Shown one piece after another: positions 1 to 6,165 of a stretch of DNA of 8,893 nucleotides; position 1 is the stretch's first letter; each line of letters opens with the position of its first letter. A program made the translations under genes and the position numbers. The stretch lies in the NCBI GenBank assembly GCA_022560555.1, contig JADFSZ010000063.1:1-8893 (forward strand), read 5' to 3'. The notes below the pieces were generated by a model that ran no database searches, had not been told where the DNA came from, and worked only from the letters and a program-made list of their open reading frames with translations. Source of the stretch: PVC group bacterium. GTDB lineage: Bacteria > GCA-001730085 > JADFSZ01.

Positions 1-138
1 CCATGTTCCGCTTGTTATGACTGATAAGTATCGCTTAAATATCCATTCTCTATTCTCTCTCTATAAAAGCTTTTTTCTAAAAAAATTCTCCTAAACATTT
101 CCCTTTTAAAAAGATCTTCTTCCTAAAAGATTCTGTCT

Positions 139-1179
139 TTACGCTGCGTTCTCTTTAAAAATATCCTTGAGCTGCGCTAAAACATGTTCAGGACGAATTT
201 TCAGCAAACATTGATATCGGTCATGGCTTAAAGGACATGTCCTCCTGAAGCACGGAGAACACCGGACAGACTCATAAAAAACGGACACATGTTCACCCAG
301 CGGACGTGTTTTTTTCGGATCCGTTGACCCGAAAATAACGATTGTAGGCACCCCCAGAGCCGCACTCAGGTGCGCAACGCCGGAATCGTTGCAAATCATC
401 ACGCGGCATCGCTGAATCAGTCCTGCGAGCTGGCCGGTATCCGTTTTTCCGGCTAGAGAAATCGTATGGTCCGGATCATCCTTCGAGAGAGCTTCCGCGA
501 GATTTTCTTCACTCCCTGTGCCAAAAACAACGATTTTAGCATGATGTTCTTTTATTAAACTTTTTTTCAATTCTTGAAAATATTCTAAAGGCCACTGTTT
601 GGCCGGGCCATAATGGGCCCCGGGACAAAAACCGACAAGTAAATCATTTTCGGCAAGCCATTGAAGAGGTATCTGTGTGCCGCCAAAATCCACTCCTTTG
701 GGTAAGCTAAACAAAGGTATTTTCCCCTCTCGTGTATTGTCTTGATCCACAATATATTGGTAGGTTTCCACATGATGTCTCGCCTTCCATTTTTTTGGAT
801 CATATTTTATCGGATGTGTTAAAAACCGCTTTCGGGCGTATCGATCAAACCCATAACGTTTTTTAACATCACCTAAAAACATCTCCATGGCCGTTGAAAA
901 TGAATTTGTAAACAAAAATCCCTTATCGAAATTTTTTTTTCTTAATATTTTTGCTGTTTCATAAACTCTTCGGAACCCAAAAAAGTCTCTTCTCTTTTGA
1001 ATGCCGATCACCTCATCAAATAAAGGTGATTTTTGAAAAAGCGAAACCAGATTTTCGCGGATAAGCAAAGTGATGTGAGCATCAGGGTGCAATTTGCGCA
1101 TCTGCTCCACAGCCGGCAGCATCATGACGGCATCTCCCAACCAGTTAGGAGATCTGATAAGAATTTTTAATGTACGCAT
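139..1179 (-). CDS. waaF: ADP-heptose:LPS heptosyltransferase II (glycosyltransferase family 9)
   Basis: 346-aa ORF. It carries the N-terminal motif KILIRSPNWLGDAVMMLPA, the central motif CPGAHYGPAKQWP, the C-terminal motif CNDSGVAHLSAALGVPTIVIFGSTDP, and a terminal Cys cluster (CSPCFRRTC...C). These are typical GT9 heptosyltransferase motifs and look more WaaF-like (NWxGD, GPAKxWP) than WaaC-like. There is no clear SD. An in-frame A9 tract lies at 932-940. Confidence 0.85.
   Translation of the reverse strand: MRTLKILIRSPNWLGDAVMMLPAVEQMRKLHPDAHITLLIRENLVSLFQKSPLFDEVIGIQKRRDFFGFRRVYETAKILRKKNFDKGFLFTNSFSTAMEMFLGDVKKRYGFDRYARKRFLTHPIKYDPKKWKARHHVETYQYIVDQDNTREGKIPLFSLPKGVDFGGTQIPLQWLAENDLLVGFCPGAHYGPAKQWPLEYFQELKKSLIKEHHAKIVVFGTGSEENLAEALSKDDPDHTISLAGKTDTGQLAGLIQRCRVMICNDSGVAHLSAALGVPTIVIFGSTDPKKTRPLGEHVSVFYESVRCSPCFRRTCPLSHDRYQCLLKIRPEHVLAQLKDIFKENAA
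932..940. repeat. 9-nt homopolymer (T9 on plus strand, A9 in the waaF mRNA), in frame
   Basis: Direct read: the minus strand is tta aga aaa aaa aat ttc, encoding LRKKNF (about residues 79-84 of the 346-aa ORF). Confidence 0.95.
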
Positions 1180-1196
1180 GAAAGATTTCGACTAAA

Positions 1197-1225
1197 TTGA
1201 CTCTTCTGATTCATTCTGGTAGAAT
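1197..1225 (+). promoter_or_regulatory. sigma70-type promoter for tRNA-Val
   Basis: The -35 box is TTGACT (1197-1202), followed by a 17-nt spacer (1203-1219) and the -10 box TAGAAT (1220-1225). The tRNA 5' end at 1236 is only 10 nt past the -10 box, so the leader is very short. Confidence 0.6.
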
Positions 1226-1235
1226 TCTCGATTTT

Positions 1236-1312
1236 GGGCGCTTAGCTCAGTTGGTTAGAGCATATGCCTTACAAGCATAGGGTCACAGGTTCGAATCCTG
1301 TAGCGCCCACCA
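1236..1312 (+). tRNA. tRNA-Val (anticodon UAC), genomically encoded CCA
   Basis: The cloverleaf was folded by hand. Acceptor stem GGGCGCT/AGCGCCC has 7 perfect bp. D stem is GCTC/GAGC. Anticodon stem is TATGC/GCATA with loop CTTACAA, placing anticodon TAC at 1270-1272. The variable loop is 5 nt. T stem is ACAGG/CCTGT with loop TTCGAAT. Discriminator is A1309 and CCA is at 1310-1312. Confidence 0.95.
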
Positions 1313-1349
1313 TTTTCCCTCCGGGTTACATCGTCATGCTGAAGACATC

Positions 1350-3197
1350 CTAGATTTGAAATTGCAACTCACACATCTTACGATAAATCGGATTGGAATC
1401 TATGAGAACCTGGTGTGTTCCCTCCCCGACAATACGTCCTTGGTCCAAAACAAATATTTTATGAGCATGAATGATCGTTGAGAGTCTATGCGCAACCGCA
1501 ATCACGGTACGGCCTTTCATCAACGTGTCAATCGCATCCTGAACAAGCTTTTCTGACTCCGTATCCAAAGACGATGTTGCTTCATCCAAAATTAAAATAG
1601 GCGGATTTTTCATCAAGGCTCTTGCGATGGCTAATCGCTGTTTTTGACCGCCCGAAAGCTTGACACCCCGCTCACCAATCACCGTTTGATACCCATCCGG
1701 AAGATTCTTGATGAACTCATGGGCATGCGCTTGTTTGGCCGCCCTAAAGAGCTCATCGTTGTTCCATTCTTTTTTACCATAAGCTATGTTGCCTTCGACT
1801 GTATCGTTAAACAAAATCGTGTCTTGTGTGACCATGCCGATCATATTTCTTAGCGATGACAATTCCAAATCACGAATATCAATCCCGTCGAGAATAATCG
1901 CACCTTTTGAAACATCATAAAACCGCGGAATCAGATTGAGAATTGTTGTTTTTCCTCCACCGCTCGCCCCAACAAACGCCACAACCTCTGATTTTTTGAC
2001 CGTAAAATTAATATCCGTCAGGATACACCCATTCGGGTCATACATGAAATCCACATGGCAAAACTCCAGTTTATCATGAAAATCTTTAACCTTTTTGGCA
2101 TGAGGTTTACTCACAATCTCAGGGTGTGTATCCAACACATCGTAAATACGCTCGCTTGCGGCAAGCATCATCTGAACAACACCGTTAACTTTTCCGAGCT
2201 TTTTAAACGGATTCAACATAGAAATCAGAGCCACCACAAACAGCAAGAACTGCCCTTTCGTCAAAGACTCTTCCAGTACCATTTGTCCGCCATAAACAAG
2301 AATCCCAACCACCCCGATGGCTCCGACAATATCCATGAGAGGGGGAAGAAGGTTTTTCCTCTTCTCAAAACTCATATACGTTTTATATAGCTTTCGGTTT
2401 TCTTTGCGAAATTTTTGAATCTCATAAGGCTCCATCGCAAAAGCCTTCACAATCCGAATTCCCGTTATGGTTTCATGAAGAATGCTGGAGAGTCCCCCGA
2501 GTCTTTTTTGCCATGAAGCACTGATCTGCTTTAGACGTTTCCCAATTTGTATAATCGGAATCATCAACACGGGAATCAGGCATAGGCTGAAGAGCGCCAG
2601 GCGGGGTTCACAGAAAAATAATATGATAGAATAAAATAGAATCTGGACCGGTTCAAAGACGACTTCACAGACCCCCTTGGTGACGCCGGTTCGCACAAGA
2701 GCAATGTCATTTGTAAAACGGGCGATAAGCTCTCCGGTCTTGGCTTTCGTAAAGTAATGAACAGATAGATGCTGGAGATGGCTATAAACCTCATTTCGTA
2801 TGTCTTGGACTACTTTTTGACCAAGCCGCGCAATAAGATAATTTTTTATAAAACCCACAATTCCTTTTAAGACAATGACCACCAAGAGAAATAAAGCGAT
2901 GACAACCAACATGTCTCTTGGGTTCTTATCCAGGAAAAATCGATTAATTCCCAATTTAACTGTGTCAATCCTGCCGGAAGGTTTCTCAACGTGAGAAATA
3001 TCAAAAATCCGAATCGGCTCATGACTGATAACAAGAACCTTATCCACAACAGGCACAACGGCCGACAGAGATATCACATGCAGGGCACTAAAAAGGATCA
3101 TGGAGATCACAATGATCACCAAAGATACTTTATAGGGAATCAGATACCGGAAGATACGCCATGGCGAGCGGTTCTGTTCAGCAGACGACATTTTCAC
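1350..3197 (-). CDS. ABC exporter, fused permease/ATPase (MsbA-like lipid A/lipid flippase family)
   Basis: The ORF is 615 aa from GTG at 3197. The ATG at 3191 is preceded by AAGGAAG with about 7 nt spacing and is the likelier start. The N-terminal half is a hydrophobic 6-TM exporter domain. The C-terminal NBD has Walker A GASGGGKTT, signature LSGGQKQRLAIARAL, Walker B ILILDEATSSLD and H-loop AVAHRLST. The MsbA assignment rests on family resemblance and proximity to waaF, and orthology is not proven. Confidence 0.85.
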   Translation of the reverse strand: MKMSSAEQNRSPWRIFRYLIPYKVSLVIIVISMILFSALHVISLSAVVPVVDKVLVISHEPIRIFDISHVEKPSGRIDTVKLGINRFFLDKNPRDMLVVIALFLLVVIVLKGIVGFIKNYLIARLGQKVVQDIRNEVYSHLQHLSVHYFTKAKTGELIARFTNDIALVRTGVTKGVCEVVFEPVQILFYSIILFFCEPRLALFSLCLIPVLMIPIIQIGKRLKQISASWQKRLGGLSSILHETITGIRIVKAFAMEPYEIQKFRKENRKLYKTYMSFEKRKNLLPPLMDIVGAIGVVGILVYGGQMVLEESLTKGQFLLFVVALISMLNPFKKLGKVNGVVQMMLAASERIYDVLDTHPEIVSKPHAKKVKDFHDKLEFCHVDFMYDPNGCILTDINFTVKKSEVVAFVGASGGGKTTILNLIPRFYDVSKGAIILDGIDIRDLELSSLRNMIGMVTQDTILFNDTVEGNIAYGKKEWNNDELFRAAKQAHAHEFIKNLPDGYQTVIGERGVKLSGGQKQRLAIARALMKNPPILILDEATSSLDTESEKLVQDAIDTLMKGRTVIAVAHRLSTIIHAHKIFVLDQGRIVGEGTHQVLIDSNPIYRKMCELQFQI

Positions 3198-3266
3198 TTC
3201 CTTATGATATTAAACTTACATAACGTTGCGCAAATTTATACTGTAATATAAACCACTAGAATGTTT

Positions 3267-3321
3267 AAAAACAAAAAAAGGCATACTGCGAATGAGTGCA
3301 CTCTTCTGCCAGTATGCCTTT
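3267..3321 (-). terminator. Rho-independent terminator downstream of the zinc-ribbon gene
   Basis: A 9-bp perfect stem pairs GGCATACTG (3280-3288) with CAGTATGCC (3310-3318). Its 21-nt loop contains the self-complementary GAGTGCACTC (3294-3303), so the hairpin extends further. On the minus-strand transcript the hairpin is followed by U7-G-U5 (3279-3267). On the plus strand it is followed only by TTTAATATT, so it is mainly unidirectional. Confidence 0.7.
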
Positions 3322-3338
3322 AATATTGACTTACAAGA

Positions 3339-3521
3339 CTATTTCCCTAAGATGCGATACATTCCCGTCCCACACTCCGGGCATTTCCCCTTCATCGCTT
3401 TACGTCCATTTTTCATCGTAACTTCGCTAGCATCGTTCATTTCTCTCTTAGCTTTACATTTAACACAATATGCCTCCACACGCACACCTCCTTCCTTCAT
3501 ACCCTCTAAAATCCGATTCAT
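3339..3521 (-). CDS. small C4 zinc-ribbon protein (resembles the DUF5679 family from memory)
   Basis: The longest form is a 60-aa ORF. It has two CxxC pairs (CVKC ... CPECG) 24 residues apart, and AYCVKCKAKREM...TMKNGR...KGKCPECGT...RI matches my recollection of DUF5679 proteins. The start is ambiguous. ATG 3521 and ATG 3500 have SD-like purines too close to the start codon. GTG 3479 is preceded by GGAGG with 7-nt spacing and would give a 46-aa protein, MEAYCVKC... A dedicated terminator lies downstream and a candidate promoter lies upstream. Confidence 0.7.
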   Translation of the reverse strand: MNRILEGMKEGGVRVEAYCVKCKAKREMNDASEVTMKNGRKAMKGKCPECGTGMYRILGK

Positions 3522-3539
3522 ACCTAAAAAGACACCCAG

Positions 3540-3569
3540 ACGCTAACACAAAGCCCCCCCCCTTGTCAA
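3540..3569 (-). promoter_or_regulatory. candidate sigma70 promoter with extended -10 for the zinc-ribbon gene
   Basis: Read on the minus strand, the -35 box TTGACA (3569-3564) is followed by an 18-nt spacer AGGGGGGGGGCTTTGTGT that contains G9. Then comes TAGCGT (3545-3540), preceded by TG in TGnTAGCGT. The three most conserved -10 positions (T1, A2, T6) are present. Confidence 0.45.
3554..3562. repeat. 9-nt homopolymer (C9 plus strand / G9 minus strand), intergenic, with a second C6 run at 3586-3591
   Basis: Direct read of aagccccccccc ttgtcaattgaca tcaatctgag cccccc. Confidence 0.95.
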
Positions 3570-3575
3570 TTGACA
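3564..3575. promoter_or_regulatory. perfect 12-bp palindrome TGTCAATTGACA (candidate operator; contains TTGACA on both strands)
   Basis: Direct read: the sequence equals its reverse complement. It sits between the C9 and C6 runs in the 96-nt gap between the pseudopilin-like gene and the zinc-ribbon gene. Confidence 0.6.
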
Positions 3576-3617
3576 TCAATCTGAGCCCCCCTATCTAGGC
3601 GGCACAAAATACTATAA

Positions 3618-4148
3618 CTATTTTATGTTCCATTGACTTAGATCGTTTCTGAAATTCGAAGGGAATATATCCGTGGTGTACGATTGAGTTTGCTCTTCAC
3701 GTTTCGCTTTAACGGATATCGTAAGCATGTGTATCGTGCTGGGATCACCTCCGCCGGGAACCACCTCACCCCCCGCAAGATTCCAGTAACGGATCGTCAA
3801 TCCGCCGGGCGCCTCTAGGTGGCTCACAAGCGGCACACCATTTCTGAGAATCTGATTGCCGAAAACAGTCACATGAACATCCGTGTTGTTCGTATCCGTA
3901 AATCGGATTTCATCCGCCGTAAAAACGGTAATCTCCCCCGGAGACCGCAGGCGATTTAAATCCATCACCAAGCGATCGAATCCGGCACGAAATTCATCAT
4001 GCAAATTTTTCGTATCTAAAAACACAAAGTGAGCTTGCAGCGCTTCACCCAATAAAAAAACTGTCACTCCTGAAACAACCGTGAGTATGACAATAGTCAA
4101 AATGATCTCAACGATAGTCACACCGCGATGAGAGCCCCTCATACGCAT
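3618..4148 (-). CDS. prepilin-type N-terminal cleavage/methylation domain protein (minor pseudopilin-like, GspJ/PilW-style)
   Basis: 176-aa ORF. It has a class III signal: a short basic leader MRMRGSHRG, then VTIVEIILTIVILTVVSGVTVFLL with Glu at +5 after the predicted G|V cleavage site and a about 20-residue hydrophobic helix. The beta-rich C-terminal domain (ITVFTADEIRFTD...VHVTVFGNQILRNG...LTIRYWN...MLTISVKA) is reminiscent of minor pilins. No convincing SD is present. Confidence 0.7.
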   Translation of the reverse strand: MRMRGSHRGVTIVEIILTIVILTVVSGVTVFLLGEALQAHFVFLDTKNLHDEFRAGFDRLVMDLNRLRSPGEITVFTADEIRFTDTNNTDVHVTVFGNQILRNGVPLVSHLEAPGGLTIRYWNLAGGEVVPGGGDPSTIHMLTISVKAKREEQTQSYTTDIFPSNFRNDLSQWNIK

Positions 4149-4214
4149 AAATTTATATTCTCAGGGTTTACCAACAGGCATAAAAAGATGTTTTGGCTCT
4201 TAATCAAATTTCGA

Positions 4215-5606
4215 TCAACTTAACTTTTCTGAGTTAATCGACATGAGAAATTCTATATTGTTCTTTGTTTTTCCCAGTCTTGCTTTTAACAGCTCCATTG
4301 CTTCAATCACATTTAACTCACTGAGAGCTTTTCTTAACACCCAAATTTTTGCGAGCTCATCCGGATGCATAAGCAATTCTTCCCGGCGTGTTCCCGAGCG
4401 ATTGATATCAATGGCCGGGAAAACACGGCGGTCACAAAGACGACGGTCTAACACCAGTTCCATATTTCCGGTTCCTTTAAACTCTTCAAATATGACTTCA
4501 TCCATACGGCTTCCTGTTTCGATCAACGCCGTGGCCATAATGGTCAAACTTCCGCCCTCTTCAATGTTTCTCGCCGCACCAAAAAACCTCTTGGGTTTGT
4601 GAAGGGCATTCGAATCAATCCCTCCGGAAAGTATCTTTCCGCTATGAGGGACAATGATGTTATAGGCCCGTGCTAAGCGTGTAATACTATCGAGAAGGAT
4701 CACAACATCCTTTTTGTGCTCCACAAGGCGTTTGGCTTTTTCGATCACCATCTCGGCCACTTGAACATGGCGCTCGGGGGGTTCGTCAAAGGTCGAGGAG
4801 ATCACCTCTCCATTCACCGTACGCTCCATATCCGTCACTTCTTCCGGACGTTCATCAATCAAAAGAACAATAATCACCACATCCGGGTGATTGGTTGTAA
4901 TGCTGTTCGCCATCCTTTGAAGAAGAACGGTTTTCCCCGTTCGAGGAGGGGCCACAATCAGTCCGCGCTGCCCCTTGCCGACAGGGGTTAGCAAATCCAT
5001 GATCCTCATGGAAATATGCTCCGGATCTGTTTCTAAAAAGAATCTCTCTCTCGGAAAGTACGGCGTCAGATTGTCAAAAAGCATTTTATCTTTGGCCTTC
5101 TCCGGATCATCCCCATTGATTGATTCAACCCTCAAAAGGGCAAAGTAACGCTCCCCTTCTTTGGGAGGACGGATTTGACCAGAAACCGTGTCTCCTGTGC
5201 GCAGGTTAAACAAACGAATTTGGGATGGAGAAATATAAATATCATCCGGCCCGGGGAGATAATTGCAATTAGGGCTCCGTAGAAATCCGAACCCGTCCGG
5301 CAGCGTTTCCAGAACCCCTTCACCGAACATGAGCCCATCACTTTCGGTTTGCGCTTTGAGGATTTCAAACACAATGTCCGCTTTTTTGAGATTGCCATAA
5401 TTCTCAACTTTGAGCTCACGAGCCAGTGTTGTCAATTCGGAGGAATTCATTTCTTTCAATTTAACAATATTCATACCTTCAGAAGGGCGTCCTTTTTGGG
5501 CAAGCTCCGTGCTAGGGGCCTTATCTTTGGATTCGTTTACTTGCGCGGAACTCCCTTTCGGCGATTTCGTTTTTACGGCTTCCTTTTTTGATGTAGCTTT
5601 TTCCAT
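4215..5606 (-). CDS. rho: transcription termination factor Rho, with a 44-aa Lys/Ser-rich N-terminal extension
   Basis: 463-aa ORF. It has the canonical N-terminal helix bundle from [25 protein letters not shown] (M45), the primary RNA-binding motif [10 protein letters not shown]-loop [15 protein letters not shown], Walker [13 protein letters not shown], and a conserved C-terminal part ([19 protein letters not shown]). ATG 5606 has GAGAGG 10 nt upstream. The internal ATG 5474 has no usable SD, so the long form is preferred. Confidence 0.95.
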   Translation of the reverse strand: MEKATSKKEAVKTKSPKGSSAQVNESKDKAPSTELAQKGRPSEGMNIVKLKEMNSSELTTLARELKVENYGNLKKADIVFEILKAQTESDGLMFGEGVLETLPDGFGFLRSPNCNYLPGPDDIYISPSQIRLFNLRTGDTVSGQIRPPKEGERYFALLRVESINGDDPEKAKDKMLFDNLTPYFPRERFFLETDPEHISMRIMDLLTPVGKGQRGLIVAPPRTGKTVLLQRMANSITTNHPDVVIIVLLIDERPEEVTDMERTVNGEVISSTFDEPPERHVQVAEMVIEKAKRLVEHKKDVVILLDSITRLARAYNIIVPHSGKILSGGIDSNALHKPKRFFGAARNIEEGGSLTIMATALIETGSRMDEVIFEEFKGTGNMELVLDRRLCDRRVFPAIDINRSGTRREELLMHPDELAKIWVLRKALSELNVIEAMELLKARLGKTKNNIEFLMSINSEKLS

Positions 5607-6165
5607 ACGTTTTCAACCTCTCTTTTTAATTTAAAACGTGATCCATTATTTCGGATACAAAAATCAGCCCTTTTGACTTTTGATTTCGATGACTGTTGTT
5701 TGGATATCATAAATTCGACTTGGTTTTTTGACCATCCCTGCTTCTGTTTACGTTGTATTTGAAGATATTCAGGGCTGTGAACGACAACGATATAGTCAAA
5801 TAGATTTTGGATACGCACCTCATAAAGGAGAGGAATGTCGGCAATAATAATCTTTGCTTTCGATTTTTTAAGATGCCATTTAATCTCCCTGAGCACATAG
5901 GGATGGATGATCGCGTTATAAACGGGGTATTTTGATTTCTGGCGAGTGAGCCTTTTGAGTATTTCTCCTCGGTTTAGTGTGTTGTTCTTATCTCTAACAT
6001 CTTCTCCGAATAAACGGATGACCTGTTTTTGCAAGCGGGCATTGTGATCAAGCAAGTCGTGCACAATTGTGTCCGCGCTGATAATATGCGCGCCAAATTG
6101 CTCAAAAAAAAACTTGCGAGGGTTTTCCCGCAGGCGATTCCGCCTGTCAACCCAACCTTCAGCAT
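5573..6165 (-). pseudogene. coaE: dephospho-CoA kinase, reading frame broken at a homopolymer (frameshifted, or requiring -1 frameshift or transcriptional slippage)
   Basis: ORF 5974-6165 begins MLKVGLTGGIACGKT, the CoaE P-loop, then becomes nonsense after LASFF. The frame of ORF 5573-6064 stays open back to the tract. Reading one extra T gives ...LASFFFEQFGAHIISADTIVHDLLDHNARL...IHPYV...IADIPLLYE..., a contiguous CoaE of about 197 aa. The break is at A9 (6104-6112). Confidence 0.85.
6104..6112. repeat. 9-nt homopolymer (A9 plus strand, U9 in the coaE mRNA) at the coaE frameshift site
   Basis: Direct read: the minus strand is gca agt ttt ttt ttg agc. T10 or T7 would restore the frame. Confidence 0.95.

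Noticed and set aside
2-94. An open plus-strand frame entering from the left edge (HVPLVMTDKYRLNIHSLFSLYKSFFLKKFS*), possibly the 3' end of a convergent gene.
   Set aside because: Only 30 codons are visible, with no motif, and the sequence is AT-rich and low-complexity. I cannot tell a real C-terminus from a chance open frame. No start-containing minus-strand ORF is present here either.
585-803. Same-strand, out-of-frame small ORFs inside larger genes (585-803, 2576-2794, 2867-3058, 5132-5419, 5707-5898, 6574-6870, 7021-7215).
   Set aside because: They are nested in alternative frames of well-supported genes, and they have no motifs or translation signals.
1236-1312. tRNA-Val as an integration site for a genomic island.
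   Set aside because: There is no integrase, no duplicated tRNA 3' segment (attL/attR-like direct repeat) visible in the window, and the flanking genes are core LPS functions.
3292-3546. An 84-aa plus-strand ORF overlapping the zinc-ribbon gene.
   Set aside because: It starts inside the terminator hairpin and has no SD. Its product is a compositionally odd hydrophobic or Pro/Ser-rich string. The minus-strand ORF has paired CxxC motifs, a GGAGG SD and a correctly oriented terminator.
3554-3591. G-quadruplex formation by the minus-strand G9 and G6 runs.
   Set aside because: Only two runs are present. They cannot supply four separated G3 tracts with real loops, and at best a weak two-tetrad structure could form. 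The promoter-spacer interpretation is better supported.
3721-3820. A GC-rich patch in the pseudopilin-like gene (61 of 100 nt G+C by hand count), considered as evidence for horizontal acquisition.
   Set aside because: The patch encodes a Gly/Pro/Ala-rich segment. Comparable local GC occurs in core rho (36 of 60 at 4741-4800). The composition is therefore not discriminating without genome-wide statistics.
4149-4214. A possible terminator or promoter in the rho to pseudopilin gap (imperfect CCAAC...GCAT-AAAAAG-ATGT..TTGG pairing; TTGATT and TATAAA-like hexamers).
   Set aside because: The stem is short and interrupted and has no following U-tract on the minus strand. The hexamer spacings (11 or 17 nt with a poor -10 box) do not make a credible promoter.
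5974-6165. Treating the 63-aa and 163-aa ORFs as two separate genes.
   Set aside because: The first carries only the CoaE P-loop and the second carries the rest of the CoaE fold. They join seamlessly if the T9 tract is read as T10, so this is one interrupted gene.
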